From: Candidatus Eiseniibacteriota bacterium
Lineage (GTDB): Bacteria > Eisenbacteria > RBG-16-71-46
Length of the DNA: 64,000 nucleotides
Assembly: GCA_031370785.1 (NCBI GenBank)
Contig: JANMQY010000140.1
Coordinates: forward strand, 1-64,000
Direction: 5' to 3'
A program made the position numbers and the translations under genes. Positions 8,507-17,791 of this stretch are shown here, in pieces; within the stretch, counting starts at the first letter, position 1; every line of letters begins with the position of its first letter. The notes beneath the pieces are model-generated. The model had not been told where the DNA came from, made no database searches, and saw only the letters and a program-made list of their open reading frames with translations.

Positions 8507-10423
8507 ATGAAGCTTTCGCTCCGCCGTCACCGCTCGTCGCGCGCCGCGCTCAATCGAATCGTTTCCCTCGGTGTGGCCGTGCTCGCCGTGGCCTCGCTCG
8601 CCGCACCGGCATCCGCCGATCTCTCGCCGCGCGCGAAGGAGATCCTCGAGCGCTACGTGCAGGCGATGGGCGGGCGCGCGTTGGTCGAATCCGTCACCAG
8701 CTCGCACCAGAAGGCCACGCTCACCGCGTTCGGATTCACCGGCACGGTCGAGACCTGGTCGCAGGCACCGGATCGCGCCGCGAATGCGACCAAGCTCGGG
8801 CCCTTCAACCTGCAGGGCGGGTTCGACGGCTCGATCGGCTGGCGCACCGATCCGGGCGGCCGGCTGCAGATGCTCGACGGCAAGGATTACGACCGGGCAA
8901 AGGCCGACGCATGGTTCGAGAACGACCGCTATCTCGCCCCGGATCAGGGCGGGGGCAAGGTCGAGTTCGTCGGCGAGTTCAAGGATTCGACCGGCTCGCA
9001 CGCCGACCTCGAGATCGCCCCGCCAGTCGGGCCCTCGCGCCGCTACGCGTTCGATCCCGTGACCTGGCTGCCGGTGCGGATCACCGGGAAGAACGACCAA
9101 CAGACCATCGTCACCACGCTCTCCGACTATCGCGTCCTCGAAGGCAGGAAGATCCCGTTCCACACCGTCACCACCATCGTCGGCATGCCCGCGAACACGA
9201 TCACGGTGAACGTGGACTCGGTGTGGATCAATCCGCCGATCGCCGCTTCGCGCTTCGCGGCGCCGCACGCCGACGCAGCCCCGCTGATCTGGCTCAAGCA
9301 TGACGGCGTCGCGCGCCTGCCGTTCGCATATCGCGGGCGGCACGTGTGGCTGCGCGCGTCGGTGAACGGCGGGCCTTCCGCCGATTTCCTCTACGACACC
9401 GGTGCCAGCATCAGCGTGATCGACAGTGCATACGCCGCCCAGATCGGGCTCAAGACCGAGGGCAGCATGCAGGCCACCGGCGCCGGCTCGGCCGGCAACG
9501 CCTCGTTCGCGCACCTGCAGACGCTGCGCGTCGCGGGTGAGGACGGCGACGGCGTGGAAGTGCGCGAGCACAAGGTCGGAGTGCTCTCGATCAATCCCTT
9601 CCTCGCGCCTTTCTTCTGGCGCGACTGCGCCGGGGTTCTCGGATACAACTTCATCAGCCAGTTCGTGAACGAGATCGACTTCGACAACGACACCCTGACC
9701 CTGCGCGACCCCAGGACGTTCACCTACCAGGGCAAGGGCACACAGATCCCGTTCACGCTCGCCGGCACCGTGCCGATCGTGAAGATGACGCTGGATGGAG
9801 ACATCGTCGGCGACTACCGACTGGACGTGGGCAGCAACTCCACCATCGACATCCACGGCCCGTTCGCAAAGGCGAACGATCTCGACAGGCGCAGCGGCAA
9901 GAGTCTGGAAGTGCAGGGCGGCGGATTCGGCGGCACGTTCACCAGCCGGCTGGTGCGCATGAAGAGCCTCGCGATCGGCCCCTACTCATGGCTTCGGCCG
10001 CTGGTCTCGCTGTCGCAAGCGACCAGCGGCGCGCTCGCCAGCGAGGACTACGCCGGGAATGCGGGCAACGCGCTCCTCGAGCGCTTCAGGGTCACGTTCG
10101 ACTACGACCACCACGCGCTGTACCTGGAACCCGGGAAGAAGTATCGCGAGCCTGACTCGTTCTCCCGCGCCGGAGTCCAGTTCGCGAAGAAGGACGACAA
10201 GGTGATCGCGATGCAGGTGCTCGAGGGCTCACCCGCGGCAAAGGCCGGCATCGAGGAGGGCGACGTGCTGGTGCAGCTCGACGGCAAAGCCGCGAGCGAA
10301 TACGACCCCGACACGATCAGCGACCTTCTGGAGAAGGGCGAGGTCGGCCGCAAGGTGAACGTGGTCATGACGCACGAGGGGAAAGAGAAGAAGGCGACCG
10401 TCGTGCTGAAGGAGCTGCTGTAG
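8507..10423 (+). CDS. Exported retropepsin-like aspartyl protease with two protease modules and a C-terminal PDZ domain
   Basis: Signal peptide; FLYDTGAS...GVLGYNF and RLDVGSN...GNAGNALL; VLEGSPAAKAGIEEGDVLVQLDG (PDZ); AGGAGG RBS. Confidence 0.85.
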   Translation: MKLSLRRHRSSRAALNRIVSLGVAVLAVASLAAPASADLSPRAKEILERYVQAMGGRALVESVTSSHQKATLTAFGFTGTVETWSQAPDRAANATKLGPFNLQGGFDGSIGWRTDPGGRLQMLDGKDYDRAKADAWFENDRYLAPDQGGGKVEFVGEFKDSTGSHADLEIAPPVGPSRRYAFDPVTWLPVRITGKNDQQTIVTTLSDYRVLEGRKIPFHTVTTIVGMPANTITVNVDSVWINPPIAASRFAAPHADAAPLIWLKHDGVARLPFAYRGRHVWLRASVNGGPSADFLYDTGASISVIDSAYAAQIGLKTEGSMQATGAGSAGNASFAHLQTLRVAGEDGDGVEVREHKVGVLSINPFLAPFFWRDCAGVLGYNFISQFVNEIDFDNDTLTLRDPRTFTYQGKGTQIPFTLAGTVPIVKMTLDGDIVGDYRLDVGSNSTIDIHGPFAKANDLDRRSGKSLEVQGGGFGGTFTSRLVRMKSLAIGPYSWLRPLVSLSQATSGALASEDYAGNAGNALLERFRVTFDYDHHALYLEPGKKYREPDSFSRAGVQFAKKDDKVIAMQVLEGSPAAKAGIEEGDVLVQLDGKAASEYDPDTISDLLEKGEVGRKVNVVMTHEGKEKKATVVLKELL

Positions 10424-10479
10424 GGCGCGCGACGCAGCCCAGCAGGATTCACAAAAAATCGCGTGACCAGACAACCAGG

Positions 10480-11097
10480 GTGCGAATGAGAATGTCCTCG
10501 AGAACGTTAAAGGCAAGGCGTGTGAGTCTGGGCCAGCTCGAGATCATGTTGTCAGTGATTGCTGTGATTGCGAGCACACCGATGACAGCAAGATCGAGTG
10601 AAGAGGTCGTATTTTCAGTGATGGAACCGATCGCAACACCGAACTACATAGGGCTGGCCGATGTGCCGTGCATTGCCAACGTGGGAGGGTGGAGGCCTGG
10701 AGTCCAGCTAACTTTGATGGATAGGCCGAACTGCATCCGGATCGAGGGCGTCGTTCGGGGTGAAAACCGAAATGTTGTGTCGCTGTGCGGCATCAGGGTC
10801 AAGGTGCGGGAGGACAAGCGGTGGGCGTTCATGAGTTTCAGAAGGGAAGACAGCGTTGACACGGTGACGGTGGTCGTCGATTGCACGAAGATTCAGGCCG
10901 GTCGCCTTCCAACTGCGACAGTGGATGGGATCATTGATGCCACGCTTGAATCTGTAATGACGAATGCCACGCGGAGCCAGCCATCGATTCGGAATCTGCG
11001 GCTGGTGGTCCGAGGCCCGGGCACAGGGAAGAGCTCAACGAAAGTGATCCATTTGAGCGATCTGCCCGCGATGCCTCGGAAGCGAATCTTCGAGTAG
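10480..11097 (+). CDS. Hypothetical, possibly exported protein with atypical (less GC-rich) composition
   Basis: 205-codon ORF; the DNA is visibly more AT-rich than its neighbours; no motif recognised; start uncertain. Confidence 0.5.
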   Translation: MRMRMSSRTLKARRVSLGQLEIMLSVIAVIASTPMTARSSEEVVFSVMEPIATPNYIGLADVPCIANVGGWRPGVQLTLMDRPNCIRIEGVVRGENRNVVSLCGIRVKVREDKRWAFMSFRREDSVDTVTVVVDCTKIQAGRLPTATVDGIIDATLESVMTNATRSQPSIRNLRLVVRGPGTGKSSTKVIHLSDLPAMPRKRIFE

Positions 11098-11115
11098 GGG
11101 CGGGGCCGAAACACC

Positions 11116-11468
11116 TCACGGCACCAGCAGTACCTTCCCGCTCGTCTCCCAGGATTCGAGCGCTCGATGCGCCGCGGCCGCGTCGGCCAGTGGAACCTCG
11201 CGGTCGATGCGTACGCGCAGCGAGTAGGCCGAGTGCGCGAGAAAGTGCGCGGTCATGCCCTGCAGGATCACGGCGGTGGCGACGCGCAGATCGATTCTCT
11301 CGGGAAGCACGATCAGCCGATCGACGGGAGCGATCGCGAGCTCGGCATATGACCCGCGGCAGCGGCGATCCGGATCAGCGCCTCACCCTTGCCCGGCACT
11401 GGGGTGGGGATCTCTTCCAGCCGCAGGACCTCGGGTCCTCCCGGCGCCGCGACGCGGATTGCCTTCAT
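11116..11468 (-). pseudogene. NADPH:quinone oxidoreductase (MDR/Qor family) remnant with two internal deletions and a frameshift
   Basis: MKAIRVAAPGGPEVLRLEEIPTPVPGKGEALIRIAAA, then in another frame GSYAELAIAPVDRLIVLP...LQGMTAHFL...AYSL joined directly to RVRIDREVPLADAAAAHRALES...GKVLLVP. About 117 codons versus roughly 320 aa for the family. Confidence 0.85.
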
Positions 11469-11470
11469 TC

Positions 11471-12886
11471 CTACTGCGCCACCTTCTCCAGATCAGGGTG
11501 CTCGAGATGGAAGCGGGTGCGGCTCTGGTACAGCTCGCCCATTTCGAGCAGCATCGCTTCTTCGAAGGGCGGGCCCATGATCTGGAAGCCGACCGGCATC
11601 TGTTCGCGCCCGAAGCCCGACGGCAGCGCGATCGCGGGAAGCCCGCACGCGTTGCCGATCCCGCCCGCGGGATCTCCGTAGGGAAGCGCGACGTTGATGT
11701 CGCCTTCGACGGGCGGCGCGATGCTGAGGAAGTTGGGCGTCACCACGTAGTCGTACTTGCCGAACCAATCGGCGGTCTTCTGCTGCAGCACCTCGCGCAT
11801 GCGCCACGCCTTGACCAGGTCCTGCGAAGCCACCGCGCTGTTGATCTCCCACTGATAAGGCGCGTACGGATCATTGAGCTGCTTCACGCTGCCGTCGCGA
11901 TAGAACCTCTCGAACGACGAAAGCGCTTCGGCGCCGATGATCAGCCCGGCCACCTCGCTGGCCGGGAACTCGGGCAGCTTCGCATCCTCGAGCTTCAGGC
12001 CCGCGAGCCGCAGCGCTCCGACCGCGCGGTCGAACGCGGCCTTGGCCTCGCTCTCCGCGCCCTTCTGCGTGAAGTCCATCGGCACGATCGCGCCGCGCAG
12101 CCTCGCCAGGTTGCGCTTTCCCGACGCAAGGTTGACCGGCTCGCTGCTCGCGCTCGGATCGTCGGGATCGGGTCCCGCGATCGCCTGCAGCACGAGCCGG
12201 CAGTCGCTCGCCGAGCGGCAGATCGGGCCGACCTTGTCGAAGGTGTACGAACAGACCATGCCGCCGGCGCGGCTCACCCGGCCGTAAGTCGGGCGCAGTC
12301 CGGTGAGCCCGCAGAACGCGGACGGACACAGGATCGATCCCCACGTCTCGGTGCCGATCGCGAAGGCAGCGAGTCCGCCCGCGACCGCGGCGCCCGAGCC
12401 GGACGATGAGCCTCCGGTCCAGCGATCGCGATTCCATGGATTGCGTCCCGGACCGCTGATCGAGGCGTCGGCGAAGCGATAGCCAAGCCCGCCTGCGAAT
12501 TCGACCATCGCGGCCTTGCCGAGCAACACCGCTCCGGCGTCGCGCAGCGTCGTGATCACGGTCGCGTCCCGATCGAACATCTGGCCGCGACAAGGATCGG
12601 CGCCCCAGCTCGTCGGGATTCCGGCAGTCGCGAGCAGGTCCTTGGCGGCGTACGGCACGCCGTGCAGCGGACCGCGATACTTGCCCGCGTTGATCTCGGC
12701 CTCCGCGGCGCGCGCCTGCTTGAGCGCGAGGGCCGGGGTCACGGTCGCGAATGCGTTCAACCAGGCGCCGTAGCGGTGGATGCGATCGAGGTACGCCTCG
12801 GTCAGGGCGACCGGCGAGATCTGGCGCGAGCGGATCTGCGGGCCGAGCTCGGCCACACTCTGATACAGCACTGACTCGTCGAGCAT
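11471..12886 (-). CDS. Amidase-signature (GatA/AtzE-like) amidase
   Basis: GPLHGVPYAAKD, GGSSSGS, IGTETWGSI, PVGFQIMG; Ser-cisSer-Lys triad motifs present; no signal peptide. Confidence 0.9.
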   Translation of the reverse strand: MLDESVLYQSVAELGPQIRSRQISPVALTEAYLDRIHRYGAWLNAFATVTPALALKQARAAEAEINAGKYRGPLHGVPYAAKDLLATAGIPTSWGADPCRGQMFDRDATVITTLRDAGAVLLGKAAMVEFAGGLGYRFADASISGPGRNPWNRDRWTGGSSSGSGAAVAGGLAAFAIGTETWGSILCPSAFCGLTGLRPTYGRVSRAGGMVCSYTFDKVGPICRSASDCRLVLQAIAGPDPDDPSASSEPVNLASGKRNLARLRGAIVPMDFTQKGAESEAKAAFDRAVGALRLAGLKLEDAKLPEFPASEVAGLIIGAEALSSFERFYRDGSVKQLNDPYAPYQWEINSAVASQDLVKAWRMREVLQQKTADWFGKYDYVVTPNFLSIAPPVEGDINVALPYGDPAGGIGNACGLPAIALPSGFGREQMPVGFQIMGPPFEEAMLLEMGELYQSRTRFHLEHPDLEKVAQ

Positions 12887-12888
12887 GC

Positions 12889-13221
12889 CTACCTCGATCT
12901 GCGGCCGCGCGCCGCCTTGAGAGGTTTGAACGAGAACGCCATGGGGCTGCCCGCGGGCAGGACATAATCGCGGATGACTTTGAGCGCATCGGCGGTGTAC
13001 TTCTTCTGCTTCGCGAGCTCGGCCGGATCCACCCTGTGCACGTTCGCAGCGCGAGCCGCGGGCTCCGCGCCTTTCGATGGTGCGGTTTTCGGATCCGGGC
13101 GCTTCGCGCTGCCGACGACGGTCTTCACCACCGTCGCCGCGGCCGACTGCGTCGCCACGGTCGCGATCGCGACCGCGGACCCGGCCGCGACCGTCTTCAG
13201 AAACTCTCGCCGCGTCTTCAT
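12889..13221 (-). CDS. Small Tat-signal protein, possibly a GatC/AtzG-like amidase partner
   Basis: MKTRREFLK twin-arginine motif; C-terminal ALKVIRDYVLPAGSPMAFSFKP; ends 2 bp before the amidase ATG. Confidence 0.7.
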   Translation of the reverse strand: MKTRREFLKTVAAGSAVAIATVATQSAAATVVKTVVGSAKRPDPKTAPSKGAEPAARAANVHRVDPAELAKQKKYTADALKVIRDYVLPAGSPMAFSFKPLKAARGRRSR

Positions 13222-13658
13222 CCTCTGGCTCCCTTTGGGAACGAACGGCCCTCGAATGCCTCGAGCTGTCGCCTGAGATCGTCCGGCACCGGCATGCTGC
13301 GCTTGGCGCCGTAGTCGTAGCACACCTGCACCGACGAGGCCTCGACCACCAGCCGGCTGCCGGTCTTCTCGCGAATCTCATACTCGAACGTGAACGACTT
13401 CGTGCCCACCGCGCCGCAGCGGATGCCGAGCAGCAGCACATCGTTGACCAGCGCTTCCGAGCGGAAGTCGATGGTGACGTGGGCGAGGATGAACGGCACC
13501 CGGCGATAGTCGGGCACACCGGCGATCGCGCGCCAGTATTCCTGGCGCGCCACCTCGAGGTAGGTGACGTAGACCGCGTTGTTGATGTGGCCCATCGCGT
13601 CGGTGTCGCGAAAACGCGGATGCAGCTCGTGGGTCACGGTGAATCCCGGAAGCTTCAC
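13218..13658 (-). CDS. Acyl-CoA thioesterase (4HBT/YbgC hotdog fold)
   Basis: RFRDTDAMGHINNAVYVTYLEVARQEY; GTG start. Confidence 0.88.
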   Translation of the reverse strand: MKLPGFTVTHELHPRFRDTDAMGHINNAVYVTYLEVARQEYWRAIAGVPDYRRVPFILAHVTIDFRSEALVNDVLLLGIRCGAVGTKSFTFEYEIREKTGSRLVVEASSVQVCYDYGAKRSMPVPDDLRRQLEAFEGRSFPKGARG

Positions 13659-13669
13659 TCGGGCGCCTT

Positions 13670-14944
13670 TCAGAATCCGTTGAGCTGATAGATGAAGGCC
13701 GGCGGGGCGCGGAACCAGCGCTCGATCACCTCGGCCGCGCCGCCCGCGGAATCGACCAGCCCGATCTCGGCGGCGCGCGTCGAATCGATGGTGCCGGCCA
13801 CGATCGCCGCCAGCGCGTCCGCGCTCGCGGTGAGCCTCGGCAGCCGCGCGCGGCCCGCACGCTGCGGCTCGGCGCCGACCTTGAGCTTGCCCTCGCGCGC
13901 GCTCAGCCGGTACCCGCGAGCGTTCTGGGTGAGCACCGGATCGATCACCTCGAGCGCGATCTCGCCACGCGCCGATGGAGAAACCGGCATCCGCTCGAGC
14001 CCGGCCTTCACGTCGGTCAGGCGCAGCATCGCCCCGTTGGCGACGTTTCCGGTGTCGGTATAGAGACCGATCTCGAGCCCGGGACGGAGATTCTGCGCGG
14101 TGCTCAGGATCTGAGCCCACGAGTTGTCCCCCGGCACCACCGCATGGATCTCGTTCGCCTGGTCCGACAGCGAGGCGAGGTATCCGACCAGCCCGCGATG
14201 CGCCTCTGGCGTGGCCGCCGCGAACTCGTTGAGCGAGAGAGAAAGCTTGAACGGTCCGTTCGCGTTGTCCACTTCGTAGTAGAGATAGCCCTCGATCTGC
14301 CCGCGGCGTCGCCCTTCGTATACGACCCACTCGCCGCCGTAGGTCCACAGCCGTTGGCGCCACCACTCGGGACGGCGCGCGAGCGCGAAGTGTCCCTGCG
14401 CTGCGACGCGTTCGAACAGCGCTTCGACCGAGGGCCGGTCGGGCAGCATCAGGCGCCGCACGCGGCGCGCCTCGTCCGAGGCGGGCAGGTTCCCAGGGGA
14501 GAACGACATCTGATGCGCCACCTCGATCACGCCGTAGCCGAGCTTGCGGTAATACGAGCCGCGAAACGCGTAGAGCAGGGAAAGCGCCTCGCCCTTCTGC
14601 CGCATCTCGCGCAGCGCGGCGCGCATCAGCGCCTCGCCGACGCCGCGGCGGCGGTGCTCGGGGGAGACCGCGACCGATCCGACGCCGGTCACCGGCACCT
14701 TCTGCCCGCGCACGTACGCATGAAACGGATAGAGGACGAGCGAAGCGACGATCTGGCCGTCCATCTCGCCGACGCGCACGTCGCGCAGCCCGAAGCGCGG
14801 ATGGTCGGTGTAGAAATCGCGGCGCTTCTCGAGGCTCGACACCCGGTAGGCGCGCCAGCCGAGGTCGGCGAGGGTCTCGACATCGGTGCGCCGCGCGGCG
14901 CGGTAGCGCAGCGCGGGCGGACGCAGCGCGCGCGCGCGGCTCAC
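13670..14944 (-). CDS. Eis-like GNAT acetyltransferase with C-terminal SCP2-like domain
   Basis: VGSVAVSPEHRRRGVGEALM, SLLYAF...YYRKLGYG, MLRLTDVKAGLE; 424 aa. Confidence 0.85.
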   Translation of the reverse strand: MSRARALRPPALRYRAARRTDVETLADLGWRAYRVSSLEKRRDFYTDHPRFGLRDVRVGEMDGQIVASLVLYPFHAYVRGQKVPVTGVGSVAVSPEHRRRGVGEALMRAALREMRQKGEALSLLYAFRGSYYRKLGYGVIEVAHQMSFSPGNLPASDEARRVRRLMLPDRPSVEALFERVAAQGHFALARRPEWWRQRLWTYGGEWVVYEGRRRGQIEGYLYYEVDNANGPFKLSLSLNEFAAATPEAHRGLVGYLASLSDQANEIHAVVPGDNSWAQILSTAQNLRPGLEIGLYTDTGNVANGAMLRLTDVKAGLERMPVSPSARGEIALEVIDPVLTQNARGYRLSAREGKLKVGAEPQRAGRARLPRLTASADALAAIVAGTIDSTRAAEIGLVDSAGGAAEVIERWFRAPPAFIYQLNGF

Positions 14945-15432
14945 AGGCGCGCCTCGCGCGTGAGCCGGAACTCAGCGCCGCCGAGCTTGTCGCGGCTGAT
15001 ACCGGGACCACGCAGATCGAGCCCGTGATGCGTGGCGTTCAGCACCGCGGGCGGCTGCCACTCTTCGTCGAAGTGCGCCAGCACCTCGAAGCGGTAGTCG
15101 TCCCTGGGGAGCGGACCCGCACTCCCAAGGATTGGCGGCGAGTCGAAACGCCTGTTCGCGAGGATCACCTGCAGTCGGCCGGTCATTTCGTTCGTCGCCT
15201 TGCGATAGATCGAGATCTGCAGCCGCGTCCCGTCGGGAAAGTCCGCGGTGCCCCTGATCCGCATCGCGCCGTTCGCCATGCGATATGGCTCGAACGTGGT
15301 CAGGATCGACTTGCCGCTGGCCAGTACCGTGGAATCCGTGATCGTGTCGAACGAGAGCGACGAGGACTGGTGCGATCCCCCGCCGCAACCCGCGAGCGCG
15401 ATCGCCGCCAGGGTCACCCAGACACGGTTCAT
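14941..15432 (-). CDS. Hypothetical lipoprotein
   Basis: Lipobox ALAGC; GTGA overlap with the GNAT gene. Confidence 0.7.
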   Translation of the reverse strand: MNRVWVTLAAIALAGCGGGSHQSSSLSFDTITDSTVLASGKSILTTFEPYRMANGAMRIRGTADFPDGTRLQISIYRKATNEMTGRLQVILANRRFDSPPILGSAGPLPRDDYRFEVLAHFDEEWQPPAVLNATHHGLDLRGPGISRDKLGGAEFRLTREARL

Positions 15433-15728
15433 GCGTCTTCAAACTAGCGAACGCCGCGCGATTGGGGAAGCGTGAAACGCGTGGGTGTATGCTCGCGGGC
15501 CGGAAACCCATCCCCGCCCAGACGGCCGCGACCCCACTCGGACGAACGTTCAATGATTGGCGCACTTCACGCCTGCGCTCTTGGACCTTGAGATCGGGAC
15601 AGTCGTCGGGTTAGTGTTCCCGGCCTGCTTGCCCGCCCGGCAGCCGCGCATCGTCGCGCTGGCCGCCCGCGGAGCGGATGCGAACGCCGACCGGGTTTTC
15701 GCAGCATGAGACACCAGGAGGAGAGAGC

Positions 15729-16514
15729 GTGAAGCTGTTGCGTTCGTATCGGTCGTGGTTCGTGGCGTCGCTCGCTGCGCTCGCTTTGGCGGCCGTGCTC
15801 GCCGCACAGGAGCCCGCAGTCGCGCAGGAAGCTCCTGCGTCGCCGGCGACCGCGGATTCTGTCGCGGTAACGCCCGCGCCCGTGACGCTGGCGCCGACGG
15901 TCACGGATTCGGCCGCGGCAAAGCCAGGCGCGAACGTCGCCAGGACGCCTAAGGTCAAGAAGGCGCGTGAGCCCAAGGTGAAGAAGCCGAAGGTGAAGAC
16001 GCCGCCTGCGCAGGGTCCGTGGGACAAGGGCGCGACCTGGCTGTCGGTGCGCACCGGCTACGCGCGCGCGGCCTATCGTTCGGCCGGACCGGGCAACGTC
16101 GGATTCGGCTTCGGAGTGAACCGCATGCTGAACCCGCGCTGGTCCTTCGGCGGCTACGCGCAGTACGACGTGCTCGGCAAGTTCGGCCACGCGGTCGAGT
16201 CCGAAGCTCCGTTCACGCTCGAACTCGCGCGTCACTATAAGTTCGGCGCAGCGTTCCGTCCGTATCTGGGAGTTGGAGGCGGCACGTACTATCACAAGAA
16301 CGCCGGTACCGGCGCCGATCTCAGCGATCCGCGTGGCGGCGGCTACCTTCTGCTCGGCGGCAACACGCCGCTCGATGCGCGCCAGCTGCTCGGCATCGAC
16401 ATCCGCATGGCAGTCGTCAGGGGCGAGAAGGGCCGCATCGACCCCGTCTTCGGCGTCGAGAAGGGCTCGACCATCCACTGGAGCGCCAAGGTCAACTGGT
16501 CCCTCACGTATTGA
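15729..16514 (+). CDS. Outer-membrane beta-barrel protein with an Ala/Pro/Lys-rich N-terminal linker
   Basis: AGGAGG RBS; signal peptide; KVKK repeats; FRPYLGVGGG; ends WSLTY. Confidence 0.7.
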   Translation: MKLLRSYRSWFVASLAALALAAVLAAQEPAVAQEAPASPATADSVAVTPAPVTLAPTVTDSAAAKPGANVARTPKVKKAREPKVKKPKVKTPPAQGPWDKGATWLSVRTGYARAAYRSAGPGNVGFGFGVNRMLNPRWSFGGYAQYDVLGKFGHAVESEAPFTLELARHYKFGAAFRPYLGVGGGTYYHKNAGTGADLSDPRGGGYLLLGGNTPLDARQLLGIDIRMAVVRGEKGRIDPVFGVEKGSTIHWSAKVNWSLTY

Positions 16515-16562
16515 GGACGAGGTTCAGTGCGTCCCCCGCGCGCCGTAGCCCCGATCCTCGCG

Positions 16563-16596
16563 CAGCGCCCCGCTCACGCGGGGCGCTGTGTGTTTG
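16563..16596 (+). terminator. Intrinsic terminator
   Basis: CAGCGCCCCGC-TCAC-GCGGGGCGCTG followed by a T-rich tail. Confidence 0.6.
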
Positions 16597-16916
16597 TGGG
16601 GCATCCGCCGCGCGCGTGACGTCGCAGCGTCCAGATCCGGACACCGAACGCTGAATCGAGGTCGCGCGCTCGCGGACCCAGTCCGCGCTGCTCGCTCCGA
16701 TACATACGATTGCGGTCGAGACCACGCCAGATCGCTCCCGGCATGTCGCGTGCTTTGAGACGCACTCGTCGGCGCCAGCGGATCTGCGCGCCGGCGCGTC
16801 GCCGCGCTCGCACTTCGGGGACCGGGTCGTGATGGGATGTGGGGAGCCCCCGGGGTCCTGCCCTTCGAGCGGAGAGACGCCCCTGCGAAACGCATTCGTC
16901 GGACGGAGGTGACCGG

Positions 16917-17681
16917 ATGAAGAAATTCCTGGTAATGGGCGGGCTGCTGGTTGCGGGCGCACTCGCGTTCTGGACGCAGGCGCAGGCGCAAAACTGCTGG
17001 GTCTGCGATCAGTCTCTGCTGTGCTCCGGGTCCTCGGCAGGCGGGATGATCTGCCAGGGAAACGGGTTAGCGTGCGGGGTCGCCATCCCCTGTGCGCCCA
17101 TCGGCGGAACCGGCGGTGGATGCGGCTTCGCGCAGGGGAAACAGGTCGCAGCGCTCCGCATCGCGCTGGTCGAGTTGCGCGACGCACGCCAGACGAAGCT
17201 GCTCGCGAAAGATTGGACGACGTCATCCGCCGGCGCAGGCGAGGGCGTGTATGCGCGCACGCTGCGCGCAATCGAGCGGCCCGGTGCCACGCGTCCCGGA
17301 GCGCTGCGGCTCGACGATGCGTTCGTGACGTTCCTCTCGGCGCCGCTCGCCGCGCGATTCCAGACGCCTTCAGGCGATGGGTTCACCGTCCGGGTGATCT
17401 GCGGCTCGATCAGCCCGAGATTGTTCCTGAGCGGCCTCAGCCAGGGCCGGCCGGGCCGGGTCATCGCCCAGCAGAACGTCGATGGCGACGATCTCCTGCT
17501 CGCACGAATGATAATCGACGGCAAGCTCTATGCGGTTGCGATCGATGGACAGATGCTGGACCGCTCCGCTCCGGGCCACGCCGAGCGGGTTCGCGTACTT
17601 CAGACAGACTTGCAGCGGGAGATCACTCAGCAATCGCCCGCGCGCGAGCTCCAGTTTCGCATGAGCGCACAGCGCGAGTAG
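16917..17681 (+). CDS. Exported hypothetical protein with a Cys/Gly-rich N-terminal module
   Basis: GGAGGT RBS; MKKFLV...AQA signal peptide; seven Cys within about 45 residues after the cleavage site. Confidence 0.7.
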   Translation: MKKFLVMGGLLVAGALAFWTQAQAQNCWVCDQSLLCSGSSAGGMICQGNGLACGVAIPCAPIGGTGGGCGFAQGKQVAALRIALVELRDARQTKLLAKDWTTSSAGAGEGVYARTLRAIERPGATRPGALRLDDAFVTFLSAPLAARFQTPSGDGFTVRVICGSISPRLFLSGLSQGRPGRVIAQQNVDGDDLLLARMIIDGKLYAVAIDGQMLDRSAPGHAERVRVLQTDLQREITQQSPARELQFRMSAQRE

Positions 17682-17791
17682 GTGCCGAGCTTCAGGCAAC
17701 CGCCTTGCGTCGCGTGTGGAGTCCCTGCGGCGCAAGGCGGATCGGGGCGTCATTCGCGAGGTGCGCGCTCCACGCTCTCGAAGCTGTGCCG

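Noticed and set aside
11471..15011. ORF-track 682-aa amidase and 597-aa thioesterase as apparent fusions
   Set aside because: The extensions overlap real genes in other frames; the true starts are about 12886 and 13658.
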